Below are positions 28,810 to 40,961 of a DNA stretch of 64,000 nt, one piece after another. The notes under the pieces were generated by a model. It saw only the letters and a program-made list of their open reading frames with translations. It was not told the origin of the DNA and did no database searches. The translations under genes were made by a program, and so were the position numbers. The stretch is from Frankiaceae bacterium (GTDB taxonomy: Bacteria > Actinomycetota > Actinomycetes > BP-191), in assembly GCA_035536815.1 (NCBI GenBank), contig DATLNJ010000145.1, positions 24,231-88,230 on the forward strand, read 5' to 3'. Each line of letters begins with the position of its first letter. The stretch's first letter is position 1.

Positions 28810-30347
28810 GTCGCCGCCCGCAGCGTCTCGGCGGCGCGGATCGCGGTCAGCACCGCGGCCGCCTTGTTGCGGCACTCGGTGTCCTCGGCCGGGCCATCGC
28901 TGTCCGCAACGATCCCGGCGCCCGCCTGCACGTACGCCACCCCGTCGCGCAGCAGCACGGTCCGGATCGCGATGCACGCGTCGAGGTCCCCGGCGAAGTC
29001 GAGGTAGCCGACCGCGCCGCCGTACAGCCCGCGCCGGCGCGGCTCGATCTGCTCGATCAGCTGCATCGCCCGCGGCTTCGGCGCGCCGGACAGCGTGCCG
29101 GCCGGGAAGCAGGCGGTGAGCACGTCGAACGCCGCGTGCTCCGGTGCCACCCGGCCCACGACGGTCGAGACGATGTGCATGACGTGCGAGTACCGCTCGA
29201 CCGAGAAGAAGTCCACGACTTCCACCGAGCCGGGGAGGCAGACCCGCCCGAGGTCGTTGCGGCCCAGGTCGACGAGCATGACGTGCTCGGCGCGCTCCTT
29301 CGGGTCGGCGAGCAGCTCGGCCGCGAGCGCTGCGTCCGCCTCGGGCGTCGCGCCGCGCGGGCGAGTGCCGGCGATCGGGTGGAGCATCGCGCGGCCGCCG
29401 TCCACCTTGACCAGGGCCTCCGGCGAGGAGCCGATGACGTCGAAGCCGTCGAAGCGCAGCAGGTACATGTACGGGCTCGGGTTCAACACCCGCAGCACCC
29501 GGTAGACGTCCAGCGGCGCGGCGGCGGTCGGCGTCTCGTACCGCTGCGACAGCACGACCTGGAACACCTCGCCGGCCCGGATCTCCTCTTTCGCGCGCTC
29601 GACCGCGGCGACGTAGCCGCCGTCCGGAACGGTGCTCGCGACGCCGTCGAGCGAGACCGTCGTCGTGAGGGTGGCGACCGAAGGGTCGGCCGGCTTCGCC
29701 AGGTCGGCGGTCATCGCGTCCAGCCGGGCGACCGCGTCGTCGTACGCCTGGTCCACCCGCTCGTCGGTGTCGTCCCAGTTGACGGCGTTGGCGATGAGCA
29801 GCACCGAGCCGTCGTCGTGGTCGAGCACCGCGAGGTCGGTGGCGAGGACGAACGCCAGCTCCGGCACGTGCAGGTCGTCGGTCGCGAGCGCGGGCAGCCG
29901 TTCCAGGCGGCGGACGGCGTCGTAGGCGAGGTAGCCGACCAGGCCGCCGGTCAGCGGCGGCAGCCCCGGCAGCGGCTCCGTGCGCAGCCGCGCGACGGTC
30001 TCCTTCAAGGCGACCAGCGGGTCGCCGGACATCGGCAGGCCGACCGGCGGCGTACCGGTCCAGACCGCCTCGCCGTCCCGCTCGGTGAGGGTCGCGGCCG
30101 AGCGCGCACCGACGAACGAGTACCGCGACCACGACCGGCCGTGCTCCGCCGACTCCAGCAGGAACGTGCCGGGGCGGTCGCCGGCCAGCTTGCGGTAGAC
30201 GCCGACCGGCGTCTCGCCGTCGGCGAGCAGCTTGCGGGTGACCGGGATGACGCGCCGGTCCCGCGCGAGGGCGCGGAACGTCTCCCGGTCGGGCGTGACG
30301 ACGCCGGTGCACCCCCCGGCCGCCGGGCTCGCGGAAGCAGCGGTCAC
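28806..30347 (-). CDS. trpE: anthranilate synthase component I
   Basis: 513 aa with chorismate-binding motifs ([34 protein letters not shown]); GTG start overlaps hisI stop. Confidence 0.95.
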   Translation of the reverse strand: MTAASASPAAGGCTGVVTPDRETFRALARDRRVIPVTRKLLADGETPVGVYRKLAGDRPGTFLLESAEHGRSWSRYSFVGARSAATLTERDGEAVWTGTPPVGLPMSGDPLVALKETVARLRTEPLPGLPPLTGGLVGYLAYDAVRRLERLPALATDDLHVPELAFVLATDLAVLDHDDGSVLLIANAVNWDDTDERVDQAYDDAVARLDAMTADLAKPADPSVATLTTTVSLDGVASTVPDGGYVAAVERAKEEIRAGEVFQVVLSQRYETPTAAAPLDVYRVLRVLNPSPYMYLLRFDGFDVIGSSPEALVKVDGGRAMLHPIAGTRPRGATPEADAALAAELLADPKERAEHVMLVDLGRNDLGRVCLPGSVEVVDFFSVERYSHVMHIVSTVVGRVAPEHAAFDVLTACFPAGTLSGAPKPRAMQLIEQIEPRRRGLYGGAVGYLDFAGDLDACIAIRTVLLRDGVAYVQAGAGIVADSDGPAEDTECRNKAAAVLTAIRAAETLRAAT

Positions 30348-30721
30348 GGCAGCGGCGCGCCGGCCACCGCCGGCAGCACGTCCGCGTCGAAGCAGGTCCG
30401 GTCACCGGTGTGGCACGCGGCACCGATCTGGTCGACCCGCACCAGCACGGTGTCACCGTCGCAGTCGAGCGCCACCGACTTCACCCACTGCTCGTGGCCG
30501 GACGTAACGCCCTTGACCCAGTACTCGTTGCGGCTGCGCGACCAGTACGTGCACCGGCCGGTCGTCAGGGTGCGGTGCAACGCCTCGTCGTCCATCCACC
30601 CGACCATGAGCACCTCGCCGGTGTCGTGCTGCTGCGCGACCGCGGGGAACAGGCCGTTCGGGTCGCGCTTGAGGCGGGCCGCGATGGCGGGGTCGAGGTC
30701 GGAGGGGCGGGCTTCACTCAT
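30344..30721 (-). CDS. hisI: phosphoribosyl-AMP cyclohydrolase
   Basis: 125 aa; [33 protein letters not shown]...[20 protein letters not shown]. Confidence 0.9.
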   Translation of the reverse strand: MSEARPSDLDPAIAARLKRDPNGLFPAVAQQHDTGEVLMVGWMDDEALHRTLTTGRCTYWSRSRNEYWVKGVTSGHEQWVKSVALDCDGDTVLVRVDQIGAACHTGDRTCFDADVLPAVAGAPLP

Positions 30722-30754
30722 GCGTCCGAGTCTCGCACCCCGGCGCGGCCGGGG

Positions 30755-33400
30755 TCAGTCGCGCGGCACCCGCGCGGGCGCCACGCCGGTCCGGCGGCTG
30801 CGGTGCAGGCCGAACGCCGCCGCGCCGGTCATCGCGAACGCCGCCGCCCACGCCACCGCGGGCAGCGGCGGCCCGGCCCGGTCGAGGCCGGTCATCGCGA
30901 GCTCGTCGTCGAGCCGCAACGTGCTGTCGGCCAGCGCGAGCTGGACCTGCTGCTCCTCCTGCGTCGCGAACCCGGCGTTCGGGTTGAGCTGGGGGTTGGG
31001 CTGCGGGTTCGGGTTGGGGTTGGGGTTCGGCTGCGGGTTCGGCACGGGCGCGGGTGGCGGCGGGGGCGGCGGGACGAACGCCACCGCGAGCGGCGGGCGC
31101 GGCCGCGGCGGCGGGGCCGGCTCGATCGGGTCCGGGGCGACGCACTCGAACGTCGCCGTCGTCGCGCCCACCTCCTCCCCGGCCCGCTGCGCCACGATGC
31201 GCAGCGGCGTCTCGGTCCCAGCGTTCTCGGCCGTGCAGGTGAACTCCACCGGCAGCCGGAACGCGTTCTTCGCCTTGACGTTCACGCTCGGGAAGTGCTG
31301 CGTGCCGAGCGGGCGGACGTACCGGTCGGCGCCGCGCAGCGCGATGTCCACGGGCGCGTAGTCCTCGATGCCCGCCAGCATCTGCACGAACGCGCCGGCG
31401 ATCGTGTCGCCGGCCTTGGGATCGAACGTGCACACGATCGGCCCGCCGCCGGCGACGTCCGCGATCCCGTCGCCGTCGCAGTCGACGCCCTCGTCCGGGG
31501 CGACCGCGCCGGTGTCGCGCGCGAGACGTTCCATCTCCGTCCGCGCCGAGCCACTGTTGGTGTCCACCTCCAGGCCGACGAGGTAGATGCCCTTGCCGCG
31601 CAGCGTCTTCGACACGAGGTCGAGGCTCGGGCCCGGGTACGCCGGGTCGGTCGGGCCACCGAGCCGGAAGTTGTCGTCGGTCGCGACGAGGACGACCTTC
31701 ATCGCCTCCGGACGGAAGCCGGCCGGGAAACCCGGCTGCACCAGCTGCCGCCCAAGCACGTCCACCCGGCCGGCACCGGTCGCCGCCTGGTAGATCGCCT
31801 CGAGGCCGGCGTCGTGCCCGCCGGTGTAGTTGCCGCCGCCGGTCCGCAGGCTCTCGAGTGCCTCCTCGAGGCCGGTGTCGATCGGGCCGACCTCGCGGAG
31901 GCGCCGGTAGGCGTAGTTCGTGCGGTCGTTCTCGTCGCGCGGGTAGTCACGGAAGTCGGCGACGCCGAACCGCACGCTGATGCCGGTCTCGGCCAGGCCG
32001 TCCACGATGCCCTGCACGCCGCTCTGGACGCTGGCGATGGTGCGGCGCATCGAGCCGGTGCTGTCGGTCATGAAGAACACGTCGAGTGGCGTCGGGACGG
32101 GCGGCAGCGCGACCCGGTAGTCGACCACCTTCCGCTGCCCGGGCCGGAGCCGGATCGCCGCGCGCGCCGGCTCGATCGCGGCCGTGGCGAGGTTCGCGTC
32201 GCGGTCGCGGACGTCCACGTCCACGTCGGTCCCGCCGCCGTCCCCGGCGGGCGGGCGCGGCGGCAGCAGGCCGAGCGGGATGGTCCGCCGGTACAGCCCG
32301 CGCGGCTCGAACGCGTACAGCGGCATCCCGCGGTCCGCGACCGGCGACCCGAACCGCACGTCGCGCACGTTCGCGTCGGCGGGCGACACGTCCACGGTGC
32401 GCCCGGGCGCCTCGATCAGGACGTCGGACTCGGTCGCCAGCGCGCGGACGCCGGGGGCGAGGTGGAACGAGCTCGCCGACCGGACGCCCACGGGCGCGGG
32501 CGCTGCCGTGAAGTTCGCGCCGCCGTCGTCGGACACCGAACGCTCGGCGGCGCCGGTGAAGAACACGTGCAGGTTCGCGGGGTCTCGGCCGGTCAGCGCC
32601 AGGTCAACGGTCTGCACGTTGCCGTTGATCTCCGGCAGCAGCCGCGGCGCCAACTCACCGATCTTGCCCATCAGCACGCCGTTGCTGCTCCACGCCCACA
32701 CGACCGGCTGCTCGAACGCGCCCGGCGACACCCAGTCCACGACGAAGTCGGACTGCTCGTCCTGGTCGCCCCAGACGAGCTGCCACGTCGCGCCGTCGGT
32801 GGTGGCGTAGAACGCGTACTCGACGCGGGGCGCGGTCGTCTGGAACAGCAGTACCGCCGCCCGCCCGAACATCCCCCGGATCGCGACCGGCCGGCCGAGC
32901 GGGGGCAGGCCGTCCACGACGGCGATGAACGCCGGGCCGCCCGCCTGCCCGAGGAGCACCCGCGGGCGGGTCGCGGTGGTGCCGTCGATGACGACGTCGG
33001 TCTGCCCGATCGCCCAGACCGCGGGGGCCGCGCCACCGCCGAACCGCACCTGGCTGATCGACTGCGGCACGACCGGCACGCCGTCGCCGAGCGGCAGGTC
33101 GCTGACCGGCGGCGCGTCGGCGGCGAGGTCGCCGAGCGTCCACGTGCAGCCGGCGTCCGTGCTCGTCGCGATCGCGCTGCCGTTCGTGGCGGCCAGGTGG
33201 TCGGGCGAGGCGCCGGAGACGTCGTAGCCGGTGAGGGTGTCGAGGCCGGCACCGAAGGCGGGTGCCGCGATGCGGGTCCAGCCGTCGGCGAGGCGCTCGG
33301 TACCGGCGCAGTCCCCGGCGCCGGCCGGGCCGGCCGCGCCCGCAGCGAGGACGGCGATGGCGGCGAGCAGGCGAGCGCGAGCCGACCTCGCACCACCCAT
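30755..33400 (-). CDS. secreted cell-wall-anchored protein: beta-propeller-like N-domain + vWA (MIDAS DSTGS) + Ca-binding CDGDG + Pro-rich PNPQ linker + LAMTG sortase-E-type sorting signal
   Basis: Start at ATG of MGGARSARARLLAAIAVLAAGAAGPAGA (signal peptide). vWA block VFFMTDSTGSM...VRFGVADFRDYP...VVLVATDDNF. VDCDGDGIAD. PPPPPPPAPVPNPQPNPNPNPNPQPNPQLNP. C-terminus LAMTG + hydrophobic stretch + HRSRR. Confidence 0.75.
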   Translation of the reverse strand: MGGARSARARLLAAIAVLAAGAAGPAGAGDCAGTERLADGWTRIAAPAFGAGLDTLTGYDVSGASPDHLAATNGSAIATSTDAGCTWTLGDLAADAPPVSDLPLGDGVPVVPQSISQVRFGGGAAPAVWAIGQTDVVIDGTTATRPRVLLGQAGGPAFIAVVDGLPPLGRPVAIRGMFGRAAVLLFQTTAPRVEYAFYATTDGATWQLVWGDQDEQSDFVVDWVSPGAFEQPVVWAWSSNGVLMGKIGELAPRLLPEINGNVQTVDLALTGRDPANLHVFFTGAAERSVSDDGGANFTAAPAPVGVRSASSFHLAPGVRALATESDVLIEAPGRTVDVSPADANVRDVRFGSPVADRGMPLYAFEPRGLYRRTIPLGLLPPRPPAGDGGGTDVDVDVRDRDANLATAAIEPARAAIRLRPGQRKVVDYRVALPPVPTPLDVFFMTDSTGSMRRTIASVQSGVQGIVDGLAETGISVRFGVADFRDYPRDENDRTNYAYRRLREVGPIDTGLEEALESLRTGGGNYTGGHDAGLEAIYQAATGAGRVDVLGRQLVQPGFPAGFRPEAMKVVLVATDDNFRLGGPTDPAYPGPSLDLVSKTLRGKGIYLVGLEVDTNSGSARTEMERLARDTGAVAPDEGVDCDGDGIADVAGGGPIVCTFDPKAGDTIAGAFVQMLAGIEDYAPVDIALRGADRYVRPLGTQHFPSVNVKAKNAFRLPVEFTCTAENAGTETPLRIVAQRAGEEVGATTATFECVAPDPIEPAPPPRPRPPLAVAFVPPPPPPPAPVPNPQPNPNPNPNPQPNPQLNPNAGFATQEEQQVQLALADSTLRLDDELAMTGLDRAGPPLPAVAWAAAFAMTGAAAFGLHRSRRTGVAPARVPRD
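30950..31075. repeat. coding low-complexity repeat (PNPQ/Pro-rich linker; DNA gggttggggtt iterations)
   Basis: Visible tandem gggttgggg/gggttcggc units in the DNA. Confidence 0.6.
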
Positions 33401-33529
33401 CCGCGACTCCCGGGGCCGGAACACCTCTACCAGAGGCCGATACTGGACCGCCACGCACCCGCCGGGAAGGCTGCGTCGCGGCGCGTGCACGACAGCCCGC
33501 GCGAACGCGCCGCGCCGCACGCCCCCCGA

Positions 33530-33579
33530 AACTTCCAGTCGCTGGTGAGCACGCGCAGGAGCGGGCCGCACTGGAAGTT
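33530..33579. other. hairpin (10-bp perfect stem aacttccagt/actggaagtt, ~30-nt loop) in the hisF-vWA intergenic region
   Basis: Inverted repeat read directly, between hisF stop (33608) and the vWA gene start (33400). Confidence 0.35.
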
Positions 33580-33607
33580 GGAGCGGACGCGCCGCGCCCG
33601 TCGGCTC

Positions 33608-34366
33608 CTAGCGGACCGGGTGGCCGGCCGCGCGCAACGACTCCTTGACGGCGCCCACGGTCAGCTCGCCGAAGTGGAACACGCTCGCGGCGAGCACCGC
33701 GTCGGCCCCGGCCGCGACGGCGGGCGCGAAGTGCTCCACCGCACCCGCTCCCCCGCTGGCGACGATCGGGATCGTCACGACCGACCGGACCGCGGCCACC
33801 ATCTCGACGTCGAAGCCGGTCTTGACCCCGTCCATGTCGACGGAGTTGAGCAGCAGCTCGCCCGCGCCGCGCGCCTCCCCTTGCGCCGCCCACTCCAGCA
33901 GCCCGATCCCGGTACCGGTGCGGCCGCCGTGCGTCGTGATCTCGAAGCCGTTGCCGTCGGTCCGCCGCCGCGCGTCGCAGGACAGCACGACGCACTGGCT
34001 GCCGAAGCGTTCGGCGGCCCGGCTGATCAGGTCGGGGTCGGCGACCGCGGCGGTGTTGATGCCGACCTTGTCCGCTCCCGCGCGCAGCAGCGCGTCCACG
34101 TCCTCGACGCTCCGTACGCCGCCGCCGACGGTGAGCGGGATGAACACCTGCTCGGCGGTCCGCCGCACGACGTCGTACGTCGTCTCCCGGCCGGCCGACG
34201 ACGCCGTGATGTCGAGGAACACCAGCTCGTCCGCGCCCTGCGCGTCGTAGCGCGCGGCCAGCTCGACCGGGTCGCCCGCGTCCCGCAGGCCGGTGAAGTT
34301 GACGCCCTTCACGACCCGCCCGGCGTCGACGTCGAGGCACGGGATGACGCGGATCGCGACGGTCAC
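33608..34366 (-). CDS. hisF: imidazole glycerol phosphate synthase cyclase subunit
   Basis: 252 aa; [17 protein letters not shown]...; GTG start overlaps hisA stop (GTGA). Confidence 0.95.
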   Translation of the reverse strand: MTVAIRVIPCLDVDAGRVVKGVNFTGLRDAGDPVELAARYDAQGADELVFLDITASSAGRETTYDVVRRTAEQVFIPLTVGGGVRSVEDVDALLRAGADKVGINTAAVADPDLISRAAERFGSQCVVLSCDARRRTDGNGFEITTHGGRTGTGIGLLEWAAQGEARGAGELLLNSVDMDGVKTGFDVEMVAAVRSVVTIPIVASGGAGAVEHFAPAVAAGADAVLAASVFHFGELTVGAVKESLRAAGHPVR

Positions 34367-35073
34367 GCCGTCACCGCCGCGAGCGCCTCTTCGAGGGTGA
34401 ACGCCCCGGCGTACAGCGCCTTCCCGACGATCGCGCCCTCGACGCCGGGCACCGTCGTCAGCGCCCGCAGGTCGTCCAGGCTGCTCACTCCCCCGCTGGC
34501 GATCACCGGCCGGTCGGTGGCGTCGGTGACCGAGCGGAGCAGGTCGAGGTTCGGGCCGGTCATGGTGCCGTCGCGGCCGATGTCGGTGACGACGTACCGC
34601 GCGCAGCCCTCGTCGTCGAGGCGGGCCAGCACCTCGAACAGGTCGCCGCCGTCGCGGGTCCAGCCCCGCGCGGACAGCGTGCGGCCGCGCACGTCGAGAC
34701 CGACCGCGAGCCGGTCGCCGTAGTTCGCGATGGCGCGGGCGACCCAAGCCGGGTCCTCCAGCGCGGCCGTGCCGACGTTGACGCGCGCGGCGCCCGCCTG
34801 CAGCGCCGACTCCAGCGACTCGTCGTCGCGGATGCCGCCGGACACCTCGACCCGGACGTCGAGCCGGCGCGAGATGTCCGCGATGAGGTCGGCGTTGGTG
34901 CCGCGGCCGAACGCCCGGTCCAGGTCCACCAGGTGCACCCACTCCGCGCCCGCGTCCTGCCACGCCCGCGCGGCCAGCCAGGGGTCGCCGTACGACGTCT
35001 CGGTCCCGGCCGCGCCGTGCACCAGGCGCACCGCCTGACCGTCCGACACGTCCACGGCGGGCAGCAGGATCAC
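34363..35073 (-). CDS. hisA: bifunctional phosphoribosyl isomerase (ProFAR isomerase, PriA type)
   Basis: [18 protein letters not shown]...; GTG start overlaps hisH stop. Confidence 0.9.
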   Translation of the reverse strand: MILLPAVDVSDGQAVRLVHGAAGTETSYGDPWLAARAWQDAGAEWVHLVDLDRAFGRGTNADLIADISRRLDVRVEVSGGIRDDESLESALQAGAARVNVGTAALEDPAWVARAIANYGDRLAVGLDVRGRTLSARGWTRDGGDLFEVLARLDDEGCARYVVTDIGRDGTMTGPNLDLLRSVTDATDRPVIASGGVSSLDDLRALTTVPGVEGAIVGKALYAGAFTLEEALAAVTA

Positions 35074-35705
35074 AGCGACCCCACCCAGTTCGCGAGCAGC
35101 CGGGCGCCCACGTCGCCGGACTTCTCCGGGTGGAACTGCGCGGCGGCCAGCGCGCCGGTCTCGACGACCGCGGCGAACCGCGCACCGTGCCGGGCCCACG
35201 CCGTCACCTCGCTGATCTCGACATGGTCGGGCGCGCCGACGCAGGCGGCGTACGAGTGCACGAAGTAGCAGCGGTCGTCCGGGCCGATGCCGTCGAGCAG
35301 GACCGAGTCGCCGGAGCGTTCGAGGGTGTTCCAGCCCATGTGCGGCAGCACCGGCGCGTCACGCAACCGGCGGATCGTGCCCGGCAGCGCCCCCAGGCCG
35401 GCGATCTCGGCACCGTGCTCCTCGCTGCCGTCGAACAGCACCTGCATGCCGACGCACAGGCCGAGCACCGGGCGTTGGCGGTCGATGCGGTCCCACAGCA
35501 CCGCGCGGCCGCCGATCGCCTCGAGCTGCGCCATGCAGGCGCCGAACGCTCCCACGCCGGGGACGACGAGCCCGTCGCAGCGCACCGCGTCCACCTGGTC
35601 ACCGCTCACCACGACGTCCGCGCCGGCGCGGGCCAGCGCGCGCTCGGCGGAGCGCAGGTTGCCGGAGCCGTAGTCGTAGACGACGACCTTCGGGCGACCG
35701 GTCAC
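35070..35705 (-). CDS. hisH: imidazole glycerol phosphate synthase glutaminase subunit
   Basis: [24 protein letters not shown]...; class I glutamine amidotransferase ([10 protein letters not shown]; HPEKS). Confidence 0.95.
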   Translation of the reverse strand: MTGRPKVVVYDYGSGNLRSAERALARAGADVVVSGDQVDAVRCDGLVVPGVGAFGACMAQLEAIGGRAVLWDRIDRQRPVLGLCVGMQVLFDGSEEHGAEIAGLGALPGTIRRLRDAPVLPHMGWNTLERSGDSVLLDGIGPDDRCYFVHSYAACVGAPDHVEISEVTAWARHGARFAAVVETGALAAAQFHPEKSGDVGARLLANWVGSL

Positions 35706-36289
35706 AGCACGCCCTTGGTGGAGGGCACGCCGGTCACCCGGCCGTCGACCACGACCGCGTCGCGCAGCGCGCGCGCCACCGCCTTGAACTGCGCCTCCAC
35801 GATGTGGTGCGCGTTGCGGCCGGAGAGCACGCGGACGTGCAGGCAGATCTGCGCGGCGTTGGTGAGCGACTCCCAGATGTGCCGGGTCAGCGTCGTGTCG
35901 TACGAGCCGATCAGCTCGACCAGGTCGGGCTCCTCGTGCACGACGTACGGCCGCCCGGACAGGTCCACCGCGACCTGCACCAGCGCCTCGTCCAGGGGCA
36001 CCAGCGCGTCGCCGAACCGCCGGATGCCGGCCTTGTCGCCGAGCGCCGCGCGCAACGCCTGCCCCACCGCGATCGCGGTGTCCTCCACCGTGTGGTGCGC
36101 GTCGATGTGCGTGTCGCCGGTGGTGACGACGGTCAGGTCGAAGCCGGCGTGCCTGCCGAGCTGGGCGAGCATGTGGTCGTAGAACGGCACGCCGGTCTCG
36201 GCCGAGGCGCGGCCCTGGCCGTCGAGGTCGAGCTCGACGGTCACCGAGGTCTCACCGGTGACGCGCTCGATCCGGGCGGTACGGCTCAT
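35702..36289 (-). CDS. hisB: imidazoleglycerol-phosphate dehydratase
   Basis: [24 protein letters not shown]...; ATG overlaps hisC stop (ATGA). Confidence 0.95.
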   Translation of the reverse strand: MSRTARIERVTGETSVTVELDLDGQGRASAETGVPFYDHMLAQLGRHAGFDLTVVTTGDTHIDAHHTVEDTAIAVGQALRAALGDKAGIRRFGDALVPLDEALVQVAVDLSGRPYVVHEEPDLVELIGSYDTTLTRHIWESLTNAAQICLHVRVLSGRNAHHIVEAQFKAVARALRDAVVVDGRVTGVPSTKGVL

Positions 36290-37314
36290 GTCTGTCCCAG
36301 CGCTTCCAGGAAGGTGTCGCATTCCTCGGTGGTGCCGACGGTGACCCGCAGCCGGCCGGGCAGCCCGACGTCGCGGACGAGCACGCCGCGGTCGAGCAGC
36401 GCCTGCCACGTCGCCGCCGCGTCGGGCACGCGGAACAGCACGAAGTTCGCGTCGCTCGGCGTGCAGTCCAGCGCCGCGACCAGCCGGTCGCGGTCGCGCC
36501 GGACCAGCTCGACCGTCGCCAGCGTCTCGGCCGCGTGCGCCAGCGCGACCCGCGCGGCCGCCTGGGTCAGCGCGGACAGGTGGTACGGCAGCCGCACGAC
36601 CCGCAGCGCGTCCACGACGCTCCCAGCGGAGAGCAGGTAGCCCACCCGGGTGCCCGCCATCGCGAACGCCTTCGACATCGTGCGCGTGACGACGAGCCGT
36701 TCGCGGCCGGCCAGCAACGGCGCCACCGACGGCGCGCGCGAGAACTCCACGTACGCCTCGTCCACCACGACGACGCCGTCCGTGGCGTCGTAGACGGCCG
36801 CGACGACCTCCGGCGGCAACGCGGTCGCGGTGGGGTTGTTCGGCGAGCAGAGGAACACCACGTCCGGCCGGTGCCGTTCGACCGCGCGGACCGCCGCCGC
36901 CGCGTCCAGCGTGAAGTCGTCCGCCCGCTGCTCGCTCACCCAGCGGGTGCCGGTCGCCTCGCTGATCAGCCGGTGCATGGAGTACGACGGCTCGAAGCCG
37001 AGCGCGGTCCGCCCCGGCCCGCCGAACGCCATGAGCAGCTGCTGCAGGACCTCGTTGGAGCCGTTCGCGGCCCAGGTGCCGTCGGGGGTGTGCCGCGCGT
37101 ACGCCGCCAGGTCGGCGCGCAGCGCGACCGCCTCCCGGTCCGGGTAGCGGTTCAGCGTGGTGGCGGCATCGGTGACGGCGGCGGCGAGGTCGGCGACCAG
37201 GCCGGGCGACGGCGGGTACGGGTTCTCGTTGGTGTTGAGGCGCACCCGCGCGTCGAGCTGCGGGGCGCCGTACGGCGCCCGCCCGCGCAGGTCGGCGCGG
37301 ATCGGCAGCGTCAT
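36286..37314 (-). CDS. hisC: histidinol-phosphate aminotransferase
   Basis: 342 aa; [15 protein letters not shown]-lysine region [16 protein letters not shown]. Confidence 0.95.
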   Translation of the reverse strand: MTLPIRADLRGRAPYGAPQLDARVRLNTNENPYPPSPGLVADLAAAVTDAATTLNRYPDREAVALRADLAAYARHTPDGTWAANGSNEVLQQLLMAFGGPGRTALGFEPSYSMHRLISEATGTRWVSEQRADDFTLDAAAAVRAVERHRPDVVFLCSPNNPTATALPPEVVAAVYDATDGVVVVDEAYVEFSRAPSVAPLLAGRERLVVTRTMSKAFAMAGTRVGYLLSAGSVVDALRVVRLPYHLSALTQAAARVALAHAAETLATVELVRRDRDRLVAALDCTPSDANFVLFRVPDAAATWQALLDRGVLVRDVGLPGRLRVTVGTTEECDTFLEALGQT

Positions 37315-38618
37315 GCGCCTGGGTCTTCGCTAATGCGCTCACCGCGGGCGTACAGCGCCGGGAAGCGCGCCTGGACCGCGTGCACGTGGTTGGGCAGCGA
37401 CTCGGCGCCGCCGAGCGCCGCCACGTGGTCGGCGACCTCGGCGAGCGCCTCCTGCGTGTACGTCACGACGTGCACGCCGCGCACGAACGAGTCCACCGAC
37501 AGCCCCGCCGTGTGCCGCGCGGTCCCGGCCGTCGGAAGGACGTGGTTGGAGCCGGCCAGGTAGTCGCCGAGCGACACCGGGGCGTACGGCCCTACGAAGA
37601 TCGCACCGGCGTTGGTGACCCGGGCCGCGACCGACGCGGCGTCGGCGGTCATCACCTCGAGGTGCTCGGCCGCCCAGGCGTCCACCACCTTGACACCGTC
37701 GTCCATCGACGCGACGAGCACCGTCGCCGCCGCCTCGCACAGCCCGTCCCGCAGCAGCACGTCCACCCAGTCCGCCAGCGCCTTGGACGTCGTGACCAGC
37801 AGGCATGCGGCGAGCGGGTCGTGCTCGGCCTGCGCGAGGAGGTCGATGGCGACGTGTGCCGGCGAGGCGGTGCCGTCGGCGAGGATCGCGATCTCGGTCG
37901 GCCCGGCCTCGGCGTCGATGCCGACGACGCCGCGCACCAGCCGCTTCGCGGCGGCGACGTAGACGTTGCCGGGGCCGGTCACCAGGTCGACCGGCTCGAC
38001 GCCCTCGTCCGCCGCGCCGTACGCGAGCAGCGCGATCGCCTGCGCGCCGCCGACCGCGTAGACCTCCTCGACGCCGAGCAGCGCGAGCGCGGCGAGGATC
38101 GACCGGTGCGGCAGCCCGTCCGCCTGCGGCGGCGACGCCACCGCGATCGACGCGACGCCCGCCTCCTGCGCGGGCACGACGTTCATGACGACCGACGACG
38201 GGTACGCGACCCGGCCGCCGGGGACGTAGAGACCGACCCGGCGCACGGGCACGTACCGCTCCACGACGGTCGCGCCCGGCGCCACCTCCACGACGACGTC
38301 CGAACGCCGCTGCGCCGCGTGCACCAGGCGCGCCCGGCGGGTCGCCTCCTCCAGCGCGGCGCGGACGTCGGGGTCCAGCCCCTCCAGCGCCGCGGCGAGC
38401 GCCTCGGCCGGCACCCGCAGCGACTCGGGCACCGCCGGGTCGAAGCGCGCGGTCGCGTCGCGCACCGCCGCGCCGCCACGCTCGCGCACGTCGGTCACGA
38501 TCGGTCGCACGATCTCGACCGCCGCCTCCACGTCGAGCGCGGCGCGCGGCAGCACGGAGGCCAGCCCGGACGCGGGCAGCCCGGCGCGGAAATCGAGGCG
38601 GCGGAGCACGAAAGCCAC
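37311..38618 (-). CDS. hisD: histidinol dehydrogenase
   Basis: 435 aa; typical HisD length and motifs ([14 protein letters not shown]). Start within 14 nt of the divergent ABC-F gene, so the exact start is uncertain. Confidence 0.9.
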   Translation of the reverse strand: MAFVLRRLDFRAGLPASGLASVLPRAALDVEAAVEIVRPIVTDVRERGGAAVRDATARFDPAVPESLRVPAEALAAALEGLDPDVRAALEEATRRARLVHAAQRRSDVVVEVAPGATVVERYVPVRRVGLYVPGGRVAYPSSVVMNVVPAQEAGVASIAVASPPQADGLPHRSILAALALLGVEEVYAVGGAQAIALLAYGAADEGVEPVDLVTGPGNVYVAAAKRLVRGVVGIDAEAGPTEIAILADGTASPAHVAIDLLAQAEHDPLAACLLVTTSKALADWVDVLLRDGLCEAAATVLVASMDDGVKVVDAWAAEHLEVMTADAASVAARVTNAGAIFVGPYAPVSLGDYLAGSNHVLPTAGTARHTAGLSVDSFVRGVHVVTYTQEALAEVADHVAALGGAESLPNHVHAVQARFPALYARGERISEDPGA

Positions 38619-38631
38619 CCTACGATGACGT

Positions 38632-40257
38632 GTGTCCGCTCACCTCCTGGCCCGCGGGGTCGCGCTGTCGTTCGGCGCGCGCACGGTCCTCGCCGGCGTC
38701 GACCTGCTCGTCACGCCGGGCAGCCGGATCGGTGTCATCGGCCCGAACGGCGTCGGGAAGTCGACGTTCCTGCGCATCCTCGCCGGCGAGCTGGCCCCGG
38801 ACGCGGGCACGGTCACCCGGACGCCGCCGGCCGCGACGGTCGGCTACCTGCCGCAGGAGGCGGGTTCGGGAGGCCACACCGAGTCGCTGGCCGGGCTGCT
38901 CGCCCGCCGGACCGGCGTGGACGCCGCGCAGGCCGAGCTCGACCGCACGGCGGCAGCGCTGGCCACCGGCGGCAGCGACGAGGAGTACGCCGACGCCTTG
39001 GAGCGCTACCTCAGCCTCGGCGGCCCCGACTTCGAGGCCCGCGCGGCGGCCGTCTGCGCCGACCTCGGGCTGCCCGCGCACCTCCTCGACCTCGGCACCG
39101 AGGCGCTGTCCGGCGGCCAGCTCGCGCGCGCCAGCCTGGCCGGCATCCTGCTGTCCCGCTACGACGTCTTCCTGCTCGACGAGCCGACCAACGACCTCGA
39201 CTTCGACGGCCTGGAACGGCTGGAGAGCTTCCTCGGGCAGGTCCCCGGCGGCCTGGTCGTGGTCAGCCACGACCGGGCGTTCCTCGAACGCACCGTGACG
39301 AGCGTGCTGGAGCTGGACGAGTTCAGCCACGGCGCGACGGAGTTCCGCGGCGGCTGGCAGGCGTACGTCGACGCGCGCGACACCGCGCGGCGGCACGCGC
39401 AGGAGGCGTACGACCTCTACGAGACGACGAAGGAGAGCCTGGAGGACCGCGCCCGGCAGCAGCGCCAGTGGGCGGCCAACGCCTCGTGGCAGGCGCGCAA
39501 GAAGGCGACCGACAACGACAAGGCGCAGCGCGGCTTCAAGGTGAACCGCACCGAGAAGCAGGCGGCGAAGGTCCGGCAGACCGAACGCCTCATCGACCGG
39601 CTGGACGAGGTCGAGGAGCCGCGCGAGGCGTGGCGGCTCCAGCTGTCGATCGGTAGCGCGCCGCGGTCCGGCGACGTCGTGGCCCGGCTGTCCGGCGCCG
39701 TCGTGCGGCGGGGGTCGTTCACCCTCGGCCCGCTCGACCTGGAGGTCGGCTGGGCGGAACGGCTCGCCATCGTCGGCCCGAACGGCTCCGGCAAGACCAC
39801 GCTGCTCCAGGCCCTGCTCGGCCGGCTGCCGCTGGCCGAGGGCACGCAGTACCTCGGCCCCGGCGTCGTCGTCGGCGAGCTGGACCAGGCGCGGCGGGTG
39901 TTCCGCGCCGAGCGACCGCTGCTCGACGTGTTCAGGGAGCACACGACGCTCGCGCCGACCGACGCGCGCAAGCTGCTCGCGAAGTTCCGGCTCGGCGCGC
40001 AGCAGGTGCACGAGACGGCGGCGCGGCTCTCGCCGGGTGAGCGCACCCGCGCCGAGCTGGCCCTCCTGATGGCGAACGAGGTCAACTGCCTGGTCCTCGA
40101 CGAGCCGACGAACCACCTCGACCTGCCGGCCATCGAGCAGCTCGAACAGGCGCTGGAGACGTACGGCGGGACGCTGCTGCTGGTCAGCCACGACCGGCGG
40201 CTGCTCGACGCGGTCCGGGTGACGCGGACGCTGGAGCTCGGCGCGCTGCGTAGCTGA
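38632..40257 (+). CDS. ABC-F family ATPase (tandem ABC domains, no TM; translation factor/resistance type)
   Basis: Two Walker A (GPNGVGKST; GPNGSGKTT), two signature LSGGQ motifs, inter-domain linker. Confidence 0.9.
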   Translation: MSAHLLARGVALSFGARTVLAGVDLLVTPGSRIGVIGPNGVGKSTFLRILAGELAPDAGTVTRTPPAATVGYLPQEAGSGGHTESLAGLLARRTGVDAAQAELDRTAAALATGGSDEEYADALERYLSLGGPDFEARAAAVCADLGLPAHLLDLGTEALSGGQLARASLAGILLSRYDVFLLDEPTNDLDFDGLERLESFLGQVPGGLVVVSHDRAFLERTVTSVLELDEFSHGATEFRGGWQAYVDARDTARRHAQEAYDLYETTKESLEDRARQQRQWAANASWQARKKATDNDKAQRGFKVNRTEKQAAKVRQTERLIDRLDEVEEPREAWRLQLSIGSAPRSGDVVARLSGAVVRRGSFTLGPLDLEVGWAERLAIVGPNGSGKTTLLQALLGRLPLAEGTQYLGPGVVVGELDQARRVFRAERPLLDVFREHTTLAPTDARKLLAKFRLGAQQVHETAARLSPGERTRAELALLMANEVNCLVLDEPTNHLDLPAIEQLEQALETYGGTLLLVSHDRRLLDAVRVTRTLELGALRS

Positions 40258-40282
40258 GCGGCGCGTCGGGCAGGATGGCGCC

Positions 40283-40948
40283 GTGACCGCGGAGCTGCTC
40301 CCCCTGTTCCCGCTCAACACCGTGCTGTTCCCCGGCGTCGCGCTCCCGCTGCACGTGTTCGAGCAGCGGTACCGCATCCTGTTCGACGAGCTGACCGCGC
40401 AGGACGGGCCGAAGCGGTTCGGCGTCGTCGCCATCCGCCAGGGCCTCGAAGTGGGCGAGACCGAGATGCCGCTGCTGCACGAGGTCGGCTGCGTCGCCGA
40501 GCTGCGGCACGCCACGCGTTACGACGACGGCCGCTACGACGTCGTCGCGACCGGCGGCCCGCGGTTCCGGCTGGTGGACGTGGACGACGCGCGGCCGTTC
40601 CTGCGCGCGCACGTCGAGTACCTCCCCGACCAGACCGGCGACGCCGCCGGCGCGCTCGCCGTCGCGACGGTGGCGACGTTCGCCGACTACTGGCGCGCGG
40701 TGGCCGGCGTGCGCGGCGACGACGACCCCGGCGCGCCGCCGGACATCCCGGTCGACGACCCGGCGCTGGTGTCGTACGTCGTCGCCGCCGCGATGCGGCT
40801 GGACCTGCCGGAGAAGCAGGCGCTGCTCGCGATCGGCGACACGCCGGCCCGGCTGCGGCGGGTGCTGTCGCTGCTGCGCAGGGAGACCGCGCTGATCGGC
40901 GCGTCGCCCGCCGAGGTGCCGACCGAGGGGCCGTTCAGCCTGAACTAG
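40283..40948 (+). CDS. LON N-terminal (substrate-binding) domain protein
   Basis: LLPLFPLNTVLFPGVALPLHVFEQRYRIL. Confidence 0.8.
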   Translation: MTAELLPLFPLNTVLFPGVALPLHVFEQRYRILFDELTAQDGPKRFGVVAIRQGLEVGETEMPLLHEVGCVAELRHATRYDDGRYDVVATGGPRFRLVDVDDARPFLRAHVEYLPDQTGDAAGALAVATVATFADYWRAVAGVRGDDDPGAPPDIPVDDPALVSYVVAAAMRLDLPEKQALLAIGDTPARLRRVLSLLRRETALIGASPAEVPTEGPFSLN

Positions 40949-40961
40949 AGGGGAGGCGGCC

